Part shown: positions 50,232 through 62,711 of the stretch, piece after piece
Layout: the number at the start of each line of letters is the position of its first letter
Position numbering within the stretch: position 1 is the stretch's first letter
Assembly (NCBI GenBank): GCA_963828735.1
Contig: CAWHFW010000003.1
Location: forward strand, 1 to 64,000
Length of the DNA stretch: 64,000 nucleotides
From: an uncultured Gemmatimonadales bacterium
GTDB lineage: Bacteria; Gemmatimonadota; Gemmatimonadetes; Gemmatimonadales; GWC2-71-9
Reading direction: 5' to 3'
Position numbers and translations under genes: made by a program
The notes under the pieces: generated by a model
What the model saw: only the letters and a program-made list of their open reading frames with translations
Databases searched by the model: none
What the model was told of the DNA's origin: nothing

Positions 50232-52406
50232 CTACTCCACGGTGAATCTCATCATCATTCCCGCCGACAGATGCTCGGCGATGTGGCAGTGCCCCATCCA
50301 TCGACCGGGGTTCGAGGGGTCGAGCAGAATATCCACGGCGGCACCCGCCGGCACCAGCACGGTGTCCTTCCACGCCAGGTTCTCGTTGGGCACGCCGTTG
50401 ACCGCCAGCACGAGGAAGCGCTGGCCGTGCAGGTGGATCGGGTGCTGCATCGCGTGCACGCTCTCGCGCGGGTTGACCAGGCGGACCCGGACCGGCTGGC
50501 CCCGGCGAAGGTGCCAGTCGATGTCCATGTTCTCGCGGCCGGTCTCGGGATCACGCAGGATCCAGCGAAGTTGATGCCCCGTCGCGGCCCAGTTCATCAT
50601 CGGCATGGTCCCGCTCCACTCGACCGGCGGGAAATAGATCGAGTCGAGCTGCATGAGCCGCCGGGTGACCGGAGCGAGGCCCGGCGCGTCGAGCGCGAGC
50701 ACGAGCGTCTTGACCGGCGCGGTTGCCGCGAGCCGGCGAAAGCGCTCGATCTCACCCGTGGCCGCCGAGTCCCGCCAGAGCGCGGTGAAACTGGCTCCGA
50801 GATCGCGGCTCACCGGCGATGATCCCACCTCCACCACGCCCAGCGTATCGGTCTCGTCGAAGAACCTGCCGTAGAGGTGATCGAGCCCCCGCACCCGGTT
50901 GACGAGCGCGACGGTGCCCGGGCGATCGAAGCGCACGTGAGCCACGTACCGCTCCGCCGGCGCGATCACCACGCTCTCCACCCACGCCTCGCGCTCGAAC
51001 GCGCCGACGTCCGCGCCGACGAGCTTCATGTGCGCGCCCGGAAACGACAGGTTGAGCGTGCGCGCGTTCGCCGCGTTCGTGAGGTAGAACCGCACGACCT
51101 CGCCGCGGCCGACCCGCAGCCTGTAGCGCGGCTCCCCGTTCACCAGGAGCACGTTGCCGAACCGCCCCATGAGGGCGTGCGTAGGGGCGTCACCCCCGAA
51201 CGGCACCTGACCACCGTCGGTCAGGAGCACGTCGTCGAGCATGAGCACCGCTTCGCGGTTGGCCGGGCCGAATTCCCTTCCCTTGTCCGGCCGTACCAGC
51301 AGGTTGCCGTAGAGGCCGAGCTCCTGCTGGGTGTCCTCCCGAACGTGGGGGTGATACCAGTAGATGCCCGCGTCCGGAAAACGGAGCCGATAGGTGAACG
51401 CGCCGCCGGGCGGCACCGCTGGTTGCGTCAGGTCGGGGATGCCGTCGTTCGCGTTGTCCAACCGGATGCCGTGCCAGTGCACCGTCGTGGGCTGCGGCAG
51501 ATGGTTGCTGAGGAGCACCGTGATCTCGGCGCCGCGCGCCACTTCGATCAGCGGTCCCGGCTGCTGGCCGTTGAAGGCGAACATCGTCACCGTCCGACCG
51601 TCGATCGTCCGGCGGACCGGGGCCGCCTCGAGCCGGAGCGTGTCGCCCGAAGCCAGGCGCACCCGCTCCGTCGGCCTCACGAGCGGCGCCGGCCCTGACG
51701 GCAGCCACGCCGGCGCGTCCGGGCGGAGCGCCATCTCCGCCGGCAACATGGTCAGGCCTCGCGGCATCGGAACCGTCGTCCATTCCGCGGCGCCGCTGTC
51801 GGAAGCCTCCATGCCTCCGTGCATGCCGCTCATGCCGTCGCGATCGTGGCCTCGAGGCCGGTGTGGGGCCGCCATCGCCCCGATCGAGAACTGCATGAGA
51901 TCTGGCGGAAAGAGCCGGGTCGCCGGAGACTGGCCACGGAGCACGACCCGCCCCGCCGGCTCCCGCCCCTTCGCGTCGCGCTCCGCGCTGATCAGGATCG
52001 TGTACTTCTCCAGCACGACCGTCCCCAGGTCGGTCGTGCCGTTCCGGACGACGCCAAGGCGAGTGATCGAGTCCATCGTCGGCGGCGTGATCCACGCGAC
52101 GAAGGTGCGGTAGCTGCCGAGCGACGAAGGCGCCGGCAACCCCGCCGCACGGAGAATCAGTCGTGTCCTCGGGCGGCCGTCCGCACCCACCTCGACCGTG
52201 AAAGGCCCCGCGTCCCGCGAGAGCTCGACCCGCCCGGTCACGCCCGGCAGGCCGGGCGTGGCGAGGAGTTCGACGCAGTAGAGGTCGCGGCTGGGTCCGA
52301 AGGGCTGCTGGGGGTCGCAGCCGCGCTCCTGGCCGGCGGAGGTCGCGGGGAGCGCCAGCCGGGCGAGAAGGAGCACGAGAAGCGGGATCGTAGACCGGCG
52401 CAGCAA
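50232..52406 (-). CDS. Multicopper oxidase with N-terminal extension (start uncertain)
   Basis: HWHG, WYHPH, HPIHLHG and HCHIAEHLSAGMM copper motifs. Confidence 0.9.
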   Translation of the reverse strand: MLRRSTIPLLVLLLARLALPATSAGQERGCDPQQPFGPSRDLYCVELLATPGLPGVTGRVELSRDAGPFTVEVGADGRPRTRLILRAAGLPAPSSLGSYRTFVAWITPPTMDSITRLGVVRNGTTDLGTVVLEKYTILISAERDAKGREPAGRVVLRGQSPATRLFPPDLMQFSIGAMAAPHRPRGHDRDGMSGMHGGMEASDSGAAEWTTVPMPRGLTMLPAEMALRPDAPAWLPSGPAPLVRPTERVRLASGDTLRLEAAPVRRTIDGRTVTMFAFNGQQPGPLIEVARGAEITVLLSNHLPQPTTVHWHGIRLDNANDGIPDLTQPAVPPGGAFTYRLRFPDAGIYWYHPHVREDTQQELGLYGNLLVRPDKGREFGPANREAVLMLDDVLLTDGGQVPFGGDAPTHALMGRFGNVLLVNGEPRYRLRVGRGEVVRFYLTNAANARTLNLSFPGAHMKLVGADVGAFEREAWVESVVIAPAERYVAHVRFDRPGTVALVNRVRGLDHLYGRFFDETDTLGVVEVGSSPVSRDLGASFTALWRDSAATGEIERFRRLAATAPVKTLVLALDAPGLAPVTRRLMQLDSIYFPPVEWSGTMPMMNWAATGHQLRWILRDPETGRENMDIDWHLRRGQPVRVRLVNPRESVHAMQHPIHLHGQRFLVLAVNGVPNENLAWKDTVLVPAGAAVDILLDPSNPGRWMGHCHIAEHLSAGMMMRFTVE

Positions 52407-52523
52407 CCGCCTCGCGCTCGGTTGGCGGCGACCGAGGTCGGGAGAATGGGCCGGCCTCTGGCATCCGCGGGCTTCGCGCCGCAGATTGGGACCATTCCGC
52501 CTCGCCGGAACAGGAGGTCCACC

Positions 52524-53426
52524 ATGACCGCCGCCCAATCCGCTCCTCCGACTGCGCCCGACCGGAAGCCACGGGACGACGAGATCGACGTCTACGGGTT
52601 TACCCATCCCGGGAAAATCCGCACCGAAAATCAGGACCACTTCCTCATCTGCGCGCTCCGCAAACAGATGGTCGTCCAGCAAACCAGCCTGCCGGTACCC
52701 GAGAGCCTCATGGGGGAGAGTCAGCGCCTGGCGCTCCTCATGATGGTCGCCGATGGCGTCGGCGGTGGCGCCAAGGGTGCCGAGGCCAGTCGCCTAGCGC
52801 TCGAGGAGGTCAGCCAGTACGTCTCTCGCAGCATGCGATGCTACTATGCCGCCGGCGCCGGCGACCAGGAGTTCTCCGAAGCGCTGGAGGCGGCCGCGGG
52901 CCAGTGCCACGGCGAGCTCCTCAAGCGGGGCCAGGAGAATTCCGAGTTTCTCGGCATGGCGACGACGCTGACCCTCTACCTCGGCGTGTGGCCGCGCGCC
53001 TATCTGCTGCAGGTGGGGGACAGTCGCTGTTACCTGCTTCGCAAGGGCGAGCTGCTCCAGATCACGCGAGACCAGACGATGGCGCAGGAGCTGATCGACC
53101 TGGGTGTCCTGAGCCGGAGCGACCCGGGCGCCACCAAGCTCGCGCACACGCTGTCCAGCTCGATCGGCGGCCGGCAGACCGCCCCCGCGGTGACCCGCAT
53201 GGATCTGGACTGGGGCGACGTCGTGCTGCTATGCAGCGATGGGCTCACCCGACATGTGAGCGACGATCGGATCCGCGACCACCTCCGCACCATGACGTCG
53301 TCGCGACAGGTGTGCGAGGAGCTGGTGAACGAGGCGCTGGAAGGCGGCGGGAGCGACAACATCACCGTGATCGTCCGCCGCGCGATCCCGAGCCCCGCCC
53401 AGGGCGACCCGGCCCCCGATCAGTAG
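52524..53426 (+). CDS. PP2C-family Ser/Thr phosphatase
   Basis: RTENQD, VADGVGG, GMATT, VGDSRCY, LLCSDGL and GGSDNIT; RBS AGGAGG. Confidence 0.93.
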   Translation: MTAAQSAPPTAPDRKPRDDEIDVYGFTHPGKIRTENQDHFLICALRKQMVVQQTSLPVPESLMGESQRLALLMMVADGVGGGAKGAEASRLALEEVSQYVSRSMRCYYAAGAGDQEFSEALEAAAGQCHGELLKRGQENSEFLGMATTLTLYLGVWPRAYLLQVGDSRCYLLRKGELLQITRDQTMAQELIDLGVLSRSDPGATKLAHTLSSSIGGRQTAPAVTRMDLDWGDVVLLCSDGLTRHVSDDRIRDHLRTMTSSRQVCEELVNEALEGGGSDNITVIVRRAIPSPAQGDPAPDQ

Positions 53427-53800
53427 ACCACGAGGCTCGACCGGCTCAGGTCGCCCTCCAGGGTCCACTTCACGGACTGACCCTCCTGGATGTTGAGCGG
53501 GTCGCTCGTCTCGGCGCTGGACCCCGCGATGGGGTAGGCCAGGAGCCGGCTCGAGCCGGTGGACCCGAGCCGTCGATAAGGAAACGTGAAGGCCGCGTTG
53601 CTCAGGGCCGTGACGAGTCCCAGCCGCTCCTTCTGGGACCCGCGGAGCAGGTAGATCACCACGTCGCCCTGGAAGTGGTTCTCCACCTCGACCAGCACCG
53701 GCATGTTCGGATCCGGCGCTATGGTCGGATCCCCCTTGTGACGGCATGCCATGGCGCCGGCCGCCAGCAGGATCCACAGAGCCGCTCGCATCGTTCGCAT
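53420..53800 (-). CDS. Hypothetical lipoprotein
   Basis: RBS GGAGGAG; lipobox-like AMAC; beta-rich domain. Confidence 0.7.
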   Translation of the reverse strand: MRTMRAALWILLAAGAMACRHKGDPTIAPDPNMPVLVEVENHFQGDVVIYLLRGSQKERLGLVTALSNAAFTFPYRRLGSTGSSRLLAYPIAGSSAETSDPLNIQEGQSVKWTLEGDLSRSSLVVY

Positions 53801-53909
53801 CGCTCCTCCCAGCGCCGCTTCGCATTCACCTGCTCTCGCCCGACGACGGCGCATGCTCTACGAAACGGCGTGGTGGGCGAGGACGCCAGGGCTTTCCGTC
53901 GAGCGTTTC

Positions 53910-55966
<2,057 letters not shown>

Positions 55967-55970
<4 letters not shown>

Positions 55971-57274
55971 TGCCCCTTGTAGACGACGCCGCCCTTCATC
56001 ACGAAGCCGACCTTCATGAACGACCGGAGATCCGCCAGGGCGTCACCATCGACGGCGATGAGGTCGGCGTACTTCCCCGGCGTGATGGAGCCCACCCGGT
56101 CCTGCCACTGCATGAGCTGCGCGGCCGAGATGGTCGCGCTCTGGATGGCCTGCATGGGGGTCAGCCCGTACTTCACCATGTAGGGGAGCTGCATGGCGTT
56201 GAGGCCATGCGGGTACACCCCGCTGTCCGTGCCGTAGGCGATCCGCACGCCCGCCGCGACGGCCTTGCGGAAGCCGGCCCGCTGGGCCTCGGTGGTCTCG
56301 CGGTTCTTCCGCAGGATCTCCTCGGACCAGTGCTCCGCCCGCCCGACGCTGTCGATGTAGTCCCCGTTCCAGATGTCGGCGACGAGCCAGGTACCGTGCT
56401 GCTTCATGAGGGCGATCCCCTCGTCGTCGATGAGCGAGCCGTGCTCGATCGAGCGCACACCCGCGCGCACCGCCCGCTTGATCCCTTCCGCGCCGTGCGC
56501 ATGCGCGGCGACGAACGTCCCGTACTCCGCGGCCTGGTCGACGGCCGCGCGCATCTGCTCCTCGGTGTATTCCGACACGCCCGGCTTGGTCCCTGCCGTC
56601 AGGACCGCCCCGGTCGCAATGACCTTGATGAAGTCCGCGCCGCCGTTGAGCAGGGCACGGACCCGCGTGCGCACCTCGTCCGCGGTATTGGCGACGCCGA
56701 ATCGGAAGGCCGGCGGCACCACGACGTCGGGGGCCTGGCCCGTGACCTCACCCCCGCCGGAGGAGACCGTCACATAGGCCCCCGCGACCTCCATCCGCGG
56801 CCCGATGACCGTGCCGTCGTTGATGGCGTCGCGGAGGCCGGCATCCACGAACGCGCGGTAGGTGCCGACGTCGCGAACGCTGGTGAAGCCCGCGAGCAGC
56901 GTTGCCTTCGCGTTCCTTACACCGCTCATGGCATCCTGCGTCTCGGTCCGCTCGAGCGGCTGGAGCACGTCGGCGGCCTGCGCCTCGCCGACCAGGTGGC
57001 TGTGGCAGTCGATGAGGCCGGGGAGCACGGTCGAGCGGCTCAGGTCGATGACCCGGGCTCCCGATGGGAGCTTCGCCGACGCGGGCTGCACGGCCGTGAT
57101 GCGGTCGCCGCGGATCAGGATGACCTGATCCCGCCGGATCGTGCCGTTCTCCACGTCCACCAGCCGGCCCGCGCGGACCGCGATGAGCGTGGGCTCCTGC
57201 GCGCGGAGGACCCCGGTGGCGGGCGCGCAGACGAGCGCGGCGAACGCGAGCCTCGACACCCAACGGCTCGGCAT
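55967..57274 (-). CDS. Amidohydrolase (Xaa-Pro dipeptidase-like) family protein
   Basis: PGLIDCHSH, GADFIK, AHAHG, SIEHG and YGTDSG. Confidence 0.92.
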
Positions 57275-57373
57275 GGCGGCTCCTGCATGAGATGGGGGAA
57301 ACACGGCGGCCGGTGCCACATGGCACCGGCCGCGGAATATAACGTTGATCCGGAGGCGAGCGACGGCGTTCTG

Positions 57374-57622
57374 TTATGGCTTCCGGTCGCTCGGCTTCTT
57401 GACGTCCACCTTGGGAACGGTGACTTCCTTCTTCTCGGTGGTCACCTTGGGAACGTCGAGCGTGTCCTTCACGGTGCCCGTCTCGACGCTTGGCGTTTCC
57501 ACCGTGTCCGTGGTGACACCCACCGTCGGTTTCTGGACTTCGTATTCGCCTTCGCCCGTCTTCTTGCAGGCGCCGGTCACGATCAACGCCGCGATGCCCG
57601 CGGCCAGCGTGAGCTTCTTCAC
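57374..57622 (-). CDS. Small lipoprotein
   Basis: RBS GGAGG; MKKLTLAAGIAALIVTGAC; Thr/Val/Lys-rich VPKV repeats. Confidence 0.75.
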   Translation of the reverse strand: MKKLTLAAGIAALIVTGACKKTGEGEYEVQKPTVGVTTDTVETPSVETGTVKDTLDVPKVTTEKKEVTVPKVDVKKPSDRKP

Positions 57623-57739
57623 GAGCGACCTCCGTTCGAGAGTGATGTGCCTCCACTGCTGACACAATGTGCCGCCGGAACGAGAGGGGGCCTGTGCCCG
57701 GGGTCACGGCGCGGGCACAAGCGGGACTGGCTTTTCCTC

Positions 57740-57840
57740 ATCAAATGTCGAAACTGTTGACAATGAGATTTCAAACTCGTTGTCCATAAAGAATTAACGA
57801 GATAAACAACTGATCAAATTATCGTCAAACAACGTGGATA
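57740..57840. promoter_or_regulatory. AT-rich divergent promoter region with nested inverted repeats
   Basis: TTGACA at 57757; CTCGTT/AACGAG and GTTGAC/GTCAAAC nested arms. Confidence 0.45.
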
Positions 57841-57930
57841 CACCCAGGTTGACGCCCCTCACCGCGGCCTCGGCCGTTTTGGCCTAAGGTGGACCTGTAG
57901 TCCGCGTCCACCCCAACCTGGAGGTCTCCC

Positions 57931-58596
57931 GTGCCGACCCTTCGATACGCTTTCCTCGCCGTGCTCTCCGCGCTCACCGCCCTCGCCTGCGCCCGCAACG
58001 CGCAGCGCGGCCTCGTCATCGGTACGGCCGGAGGCGCCGTCGTCGGAGGCGTGATCGGCAAGGTCGCCGGCTCGACCGCGAAGGGCGCCATCATCGGGGC
58101 CGCGGTGGGCGGAGCCGCCGGCGCGATCATCGGCGACCAGATGGACCGTCAGGCGGCGGAGCTCGAGCTGGAGGTGCCGGGAGCCAAGGTGGAGCGGGTG
58201 GGTGAGGGCATCGCGGTGACCTTCGACTCCGGTCTGCTCTACGACTTCGATTCCGACGTGGTGAAGGCCAACGCGCGTGACAACCTTCACAATCTGGCCG
58301 CTAGCCTCCAGAAGTACCCCAAGTCGGATATGCTCGTGCTGGGCCATACCGACAGCATCGGCACCGAAGCGTACAACAAGACGCTGTCCGTGCGCCGGGC
58401 CGATGCGGCCGCCGAGTATCTCGTGAGCCAGGGCGTGGCGCGGTCACGGATCGCGACCGGCGGATTGGGCGAGGAGGAGCCCGTGGCGTCCAACGGGGAC
58501 GCGATCGGGCGCGGAAAGAATCGGCGGGTGGAGGTGGCGATCTACGCCAGCAAGGAACTGCGCGAGCAAGCCCAGCAGCAGCACGCGAGCCGATAG
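57931..58596 (+). CDS. OmpA-family lipoprotein with glycine zipper (YiaD-like)
   Basis: Lipobox ALAC; GAIIGAAVGGAAGAIIG; GHTDSIG, LSVRRA and NRRVEV. Confidence 0.95.
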   Translation: MPTLRYAFLAVLSALTALACARNAQRGLVIGTAGGAVVGGVIGKVAGSTAKGAIIGAAVGGAAGAIIGDQMDRQAAELELEVPGAKVERVGEGIAVTFDSGLLYDFDSDVVKANARDNLHNLAASLQKYPKSDMLVLGHTDSIGTEAYNKTLSVRRADAAAEYLVSQGVARSRIATGGLGEEEPVASNGDAIGRGKNRRVEVAIYASKELREQAQQQHASR

Positions 58597-58605
58597 ACGG
58601 AAACG

Positions 58606-58633
58606 ACGACGGCCACCCGAGGGTGGCCGTCGT
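58606..58633. terminator. Hairpin between convergent genes
   Basis: ACGACGGCCACCC-GA-GGGTGGCCGTCGT. Confidence 0.65.
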
Positions 58634-58666
58634 GGTAGTTCCGGGGTTTGGCTCCCCTGGCGGCGC

Positions 58667-59584
58667 TCAGTCCTGGACGAGGATCAGGTACTTCGACGCG
58701 GACCAGAACTCCTCGGGCTGCGCGATTTCCACGGTGCCCGTCACCTTGCCGTCCTTGCTGACGCCGGAGGCGAGATAGGTCGGGCTCTGCCGCGAAACGA
58801 TCTTGTACTTCTTGTCCGTGCGCGGCAGCGGGATCGAGGTATTGGTCGTCTTGTCGATCGCGGTGAAGCCCTCCGGGCTCAGGTTCCGGGCCGGCTCGAG
58901 GCGGCTGCCACCGAAGACCAGGAACTTGGAGCCTTCCTTGGTGATGATGCCCCTCTTCATCAGCTCGTCCTTGGTGCCGATCGCGTAGTACACGGTGTTC
59001 TTGTACGAGGTCAGATTCACCACGGTATCCGTGAGCGCGGCCTTGTCGCTCTCGAGCCGGCCCTTCTCGGTCGTCAGCGTATCCACCCGGCCCGCCAGCG
59101 TGGCGATCTGGGTGTTCGCGGCGGCGAGCTGGGCCTCGTACTCGGTCTTCTGCGCCTCGGCGGTGCTGCGGAGATCCTCGATCGTCTTCTTGTAGGTCTC
59201 GATCTGCGCCAGCAGGCGGGCGTTCCGGTGACGCGAGTTCTTGGCGCGGGCCTCGGTCTCGGCCAGCTTGGCCTCGCTCTCGTTCAGCTTGGCGATGACC
59301 GCCTGCACCCGCTCGAGCGCCGCCTTCCGGTCCTCACGATCCTTGCGCGCGCCGGGCAGGCCGGGATCGGTACTGGCGGTCGTCACGGCCAGGCTCTTGG
59401 CCTTGGCCAGCTCGCTGTTGACGTCGGTGACGAACTGCGTGGTCTCGAGCACCTCGGTCAACAGGCTGTCCTTCTGGGCCTCGGCCGACTTCGCGTCGGC
59501 CAGCGCCTTCTTCAGCTCAGCCTGGTTGCAACCGGTCGTCGCGAACGCGCCGACCACGATCAAGGTCCAAGCAAATTTCCGCAT
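58667..59584 (-). CDS. Coiled-coil lipoprotein (Cbp1-like hypothetical)
   Basis: Lipobox-like TTGC; long heptad region; C-terminus NTVYYAIGTKDEL...PEEFWSASKYLIL. Confidence 0.75.
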   Translation of the reverse strand: MRKFAWTLIVVGAFATTGCNQAELKKALADAKSAEAQKDSLLTEVLETTQFVTDVNSELAKAKSLAVTTASTDPGLPGARKDREDRKAALERVQAVIAKLNESEAKLAETEARAKNSRHRNARLLAQIETYKKTIEDLRSTAEAQKTEYEAQLAAANTQIATLAGRVDTLTTEKGRLESDKAALTDTVVNLTSYKNTVYYAIGTKDELMKRGIITKEGSKFLVFGGSRLEPARNLSPEGFTAIDKTTNTSIPLPRTDKKYKIVSRQSPTYLASGVSKDGKVTGTVEIAQPEEFWSASKYLILVQD

Positions 59585-59780
59585 GCGCACCTCCCCACTC
59601 TGCGAATGATGGGTACCCCTGCACGGACGCAAAAGCTGTCGACCAGTCCGCACGAGAGCGCCCGCCCATAGAGGGGCGGGTGCGCCGGCCAGAGGGAGCC
59701 GTACTCCGGAATGCGTAACTGGGTCGTCAGGCGCCCCAAGCATAATTAGGCGTCACCCAAGTCGCTACCCCAGAGTCACC

Positions 59781-59802
59781 TAATGTGATCTGGATCACAT
59801 TT
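59781..59802. promoter_or_regulatory. CRP/FNR-family binding site
   Basis: TAATGTGATCTGGATCACATTT, 20/22 identical to the E. coli CRP consensus AAATGTGATCTAGATCACATTT. Confidence 0.75.
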
Positions 59803-59965
59803 CACTTTAACGCGTGACAGCCGCTGGAAGTCGATCAGAACACCAGAGGTGCAAAGCGGTTACGACCCTTCGGACGCGAGTCCACCGGCCCGAGGAGCAG
59901 ACACGAACCCATCATCAGTCCCACGAGTGAGGGCAAAATGACCCGGCCGTCTATCGATCCCCGTC

Positions 59966-60563
59966 CTAGCCGTGGCCCTTGCCGTGGCCTTTCCCGTGGT
60001 CGTGGCCATGGCCGCTGCCTTGATCCTCCGCCCACTCCGCCACCGCCACCACCGCCTCCACCGCCACCGCCACCGCCTCCCTGGCCGTCGTTCCCCCCCG
60101 ACGGCGGTGGTCCCGCTGACCCTCCGTTACCGCCCTGGTCCCCATCCCCTGGCGGCGGAGCCTTGGCCACAGCCGTCAGCCGGAACCGCACCTGAAGGTC
60201 TCTGCCCGGGGTGGCGACCTGGGCATCGATCGGCTGGTCACCGGGACGGGTACCAAGCGTCACGGTCGCGGACGCTCGGCCACTGGAATCGGTGGGGGAA
60301 GAGCTCGGGTCCAGGACGGCTTGGGGTGGATCGTCGCTGAAGTGGAAGACCACCACCGCGCCTGGAACCGGACCTCCGTCGCTGTTCGTGACGGCGACGA
60401 CCAGCGGCTCCGACACCGCCTCGCCGACGGTCGCGCTCTGCCCGTCGCCGCTGACGATGGAAAGGCCTACGGGATCGCCGGATCCGGGTAACGTGAGGTC
60501 TGCGCCGCCGCAGGCGGCGAGGAGGGGGAGGAGGGGCAGGGCGGCTCGACGTAGCTCCCGCAT
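59966..60563 (-). CDS. Ig-like (Big_1) lipoprotein with Gly/His-rich tail (probable frameshift near 60030)
   Basis: Lipobox LAAC; SGDGQSATVG, TDSSGRASATVTLG, poly-Gly, then in another frame DQGSGHGHDHGKGHGKGHG*. Confidence 0.7.
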
Positions 60564-60572
60564 GCCAGCATG

Positions 60573-61391
60573 CTATCGGTCGGATCGTGCTCCGGCTATG
60601 TCACGCGTCACACCGGCACGAGGCCGCCTGCGCCCGATGAGAAAGCTGATGACGCGTCGAGGCAACAGGCCGATGAACCCGACCAGCGCCTTGTTGCGAA
60701 GCCCCGGCACGCAGACCGCCGGGCCCCCGCGGTCGAGCTGGACCAGCGAGGCATGCACCACTGCCTCCGCCTTCATCCACAGGGCGCGAGGCCGCGGATG
60801 GTCGTCCGATCCCATCCGCTGGTGGAACTCCGTCCCGGTAAAGCCCGGACAGAGCGCTTGTGCCTGCACGCCCGAGCCGGCGAGCTCGAGGGCCAGCCCT
60901 TCGGTGAAAGTCGTCAGGTAGGCCTTGGTCGCACAGTAGTTGATGCTGCCGGGTGCCCAGATGAACGACGCGATGGACGACACGTTGATGATGCCGCCCT
61001 GTCGGCGCGCGATCATGCCCGCCAGCGCGGCACGGGTCAGCAGCATGGGCGCGAGGACGTGCAGCCGGAGCATCTGCTCCTGGGGACCGGGCGCGGTCGT
61101 CGCGAGGCTGCCCAACGTGCCGAAGCCGGCGTTGTTGACGAGCAGCACCAGGGAGGACTCGGCCCCGATCCGCTCGGCGACGCGTGCCGTGTCCGCGTCG
61201 CGGGAGAGATCGGCGACGAGCGGCTCGACCCGAATGCCGTAGCGCGCGCCCAGCTCCTCGGCCAGCGCGCGGAGCCGCTCGCCGTCGCGGGCCACCACGA
61301 TGAGGTCGTGCCCCCGCTGGGCGAGCTGCACGCAGAACTCCCGGCCGATGCCGGCCGAGCCGCCCGTCACGAGTGCGGTGCCTCGGGCCAT
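60573..61391 (-). CDS. Short-chain dehydrogenase/reductase
   Basis: TGGSAGIG, NNAG, NVSS, YCATK and CPGFT. Confidence 0.93.
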   Translation of the reverse strand: MARGTALVTGGSAGIGREFCVQLAQRGHDLIVVARDGERLRALAEELGARYGIRVEPLVADLSRDADTARVAERIGAESSLVLLVNNAGFGTLGSLATTAPGPQEQMLRLHVLAPMLLTRAALAGMIARRQGGIINVSSIASFIWAPGSINYCATKAYLTTFTEGLALELAGSGVQAQALCPGFTGTEFHQRMGSDDHPRPRALWMKAEAVVHASLVQLDRGGPAVCVPGLRNKALVGFIGLLPRRVISFLIGRRRPRAGVTRDIAGARSDR

Positions 61392-62599
61392 CAGCGCTGG
61401 AGTCCGCTCTCGAGCGCCGGCTGGGCGGAGCGCGGCTCGCGTGGCGCAGCGTCGCGGAGCCCGCGGAGTCGCCGTGCCGCCTCGGTCAGGATCTCCTCGG
61501 TCTTGCAGAAGACGAACCGGACCAGCGAGCGTCCCCCGCCCTCGCGATAGAAGCTCGATCCGGGGACCGGCGTGACGCCGATCTCGCGGCTGAGCCAGCC
61601 GGCGAACCCCGTGTCGTCCGTGACGGGGCCAAGGCCGGTGAAATCGGCCAGGATGTAGTAGGCGCCCTCCGGGGCCTGGCAGCGGAAGCCCGCGTCGAGC
61701 AGCGCGCCGTGCAGCAGGTCGCGTTTGCCCCGGTACATCGCGGTCAACCCGTCGTAGAAGGTCGCATCCAGCCCATCGAGCGCGGCGGCGACACCCTCCT
61801 GCAGCGGCGCGGGGGCGCCGACGGTGAGGAAGTCGTGGACCTTCCGGATGGCGTCGGTCAGATCCGCGGGCGCCACGATCCAGCCGATGCGCCACCCGGT
61901 GACGCTGAACGTCTTGGACGCTCCGCTGATGGTCACGGTGCGCTCGCGCATGCCCGGCAGCGTCGCGATCGGCACGTGCTCGCCGTCGAAGCGGATGTGC
62001 TCGTAGATCTCGTCGGTCACCGCCATCGCGTCGTGCCGCACGCACAGCTCGGCGATCGCGCCGAGCTCGGCCCGGGTGAGCACGCGTCCCGAGGGGTTGC
62101 TCGGCGTGTTGACGATGATCGCGCGCGTCCTGGGCGAGAACGCCGACGTCAGCCGGTCCAGGTCGAGCGGCTGACCGGGCTCGAGCGGGACGTAGACCGG
62201 TCGCGCATCGGCGAGGATGGTGTCGGGCCCGTAGTTCTCGTAGAACGGCTCGAACACGATGACCTCCTCGCCCGGATCCACCAGGGCGAGCAGGGTCGAG
62301 ATCATGGCCTCCGTTGCGCCGCAGGTGACCGTGATCTCGCGTTCCGGATCCGCCACGAGCCCATACCAGCGCCCGTACTTCCGCGCGATCGCCTCGCGCA
62401 GCGTCTGCGCGCCCCAGGTGATGGCGTACTGGTTGATGTCCTCCCGGATCGCTCGCGCTGCTGCTTCCTTCAGCATCTCGGGCGCGGCGAAGTTGGGGAA
62501 TCCCTGCGCCAGGTTGATCGCCTGGTGCTCCCGCGCGAGACGACTCATGCCGCGGATGACGGATTCGCGGAAGCCGTGGGTGCGGCGGGCGGTGGTCAC
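61391..62599 (-). CDS. PLP-dependent aminotransferase class I/II (YbdL/kynurenine aminotransferase-like)
   Basis: INLAQGFP, TCGATEA, NTPSNPSG, DEIYE and SKTFSVTGWRIG. Confidence 0.93.
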   Translation of the reverse strand: MTTARRTHGFRESVIRGMSRLAREHQAINLAQGFPNFAAPEMLKEAAARAIREDINQYAITWGAQTLREAIARKYGRWYGLVADPEREITVTCGATEAMISTLLALVDPGEEVIVFEPFYENYGPDTILADARPVYVPLEPGQPLDLDRLTSAFSPRTRAIIVNTPSNPSGRVLTRAELGAIAELCVRHDAMAVTDEIYEHIRFDGEHVPIATLPGMRERTVTISGASKTFSVTGWRIGWIVAPADLTDAIRKVHDFLTVGAPAPLQEGVAAALDGLDATFYDGLTAMYRGKRDLLHGALLDAGFRCQAPEGAYYILADFTGLGPVTDDTGFAGWLSREIGVTPVPGSSFYREGGGRSLVRFVFCKTEEILTEAARRLRGLRDAAPREPRSAQPALESGLQR

Positions 62600-62711
62600 G
62601 ATCGCGGAGCTCCGGATTGGGATGCTCCGAAGGTTAATACCCTTGAGGGTCGGGCGATCGGACGGTCGGTCGGAGGCTTTTTGGCCCGATCGTTGCTCCC
62701 ACGAACGCCCC

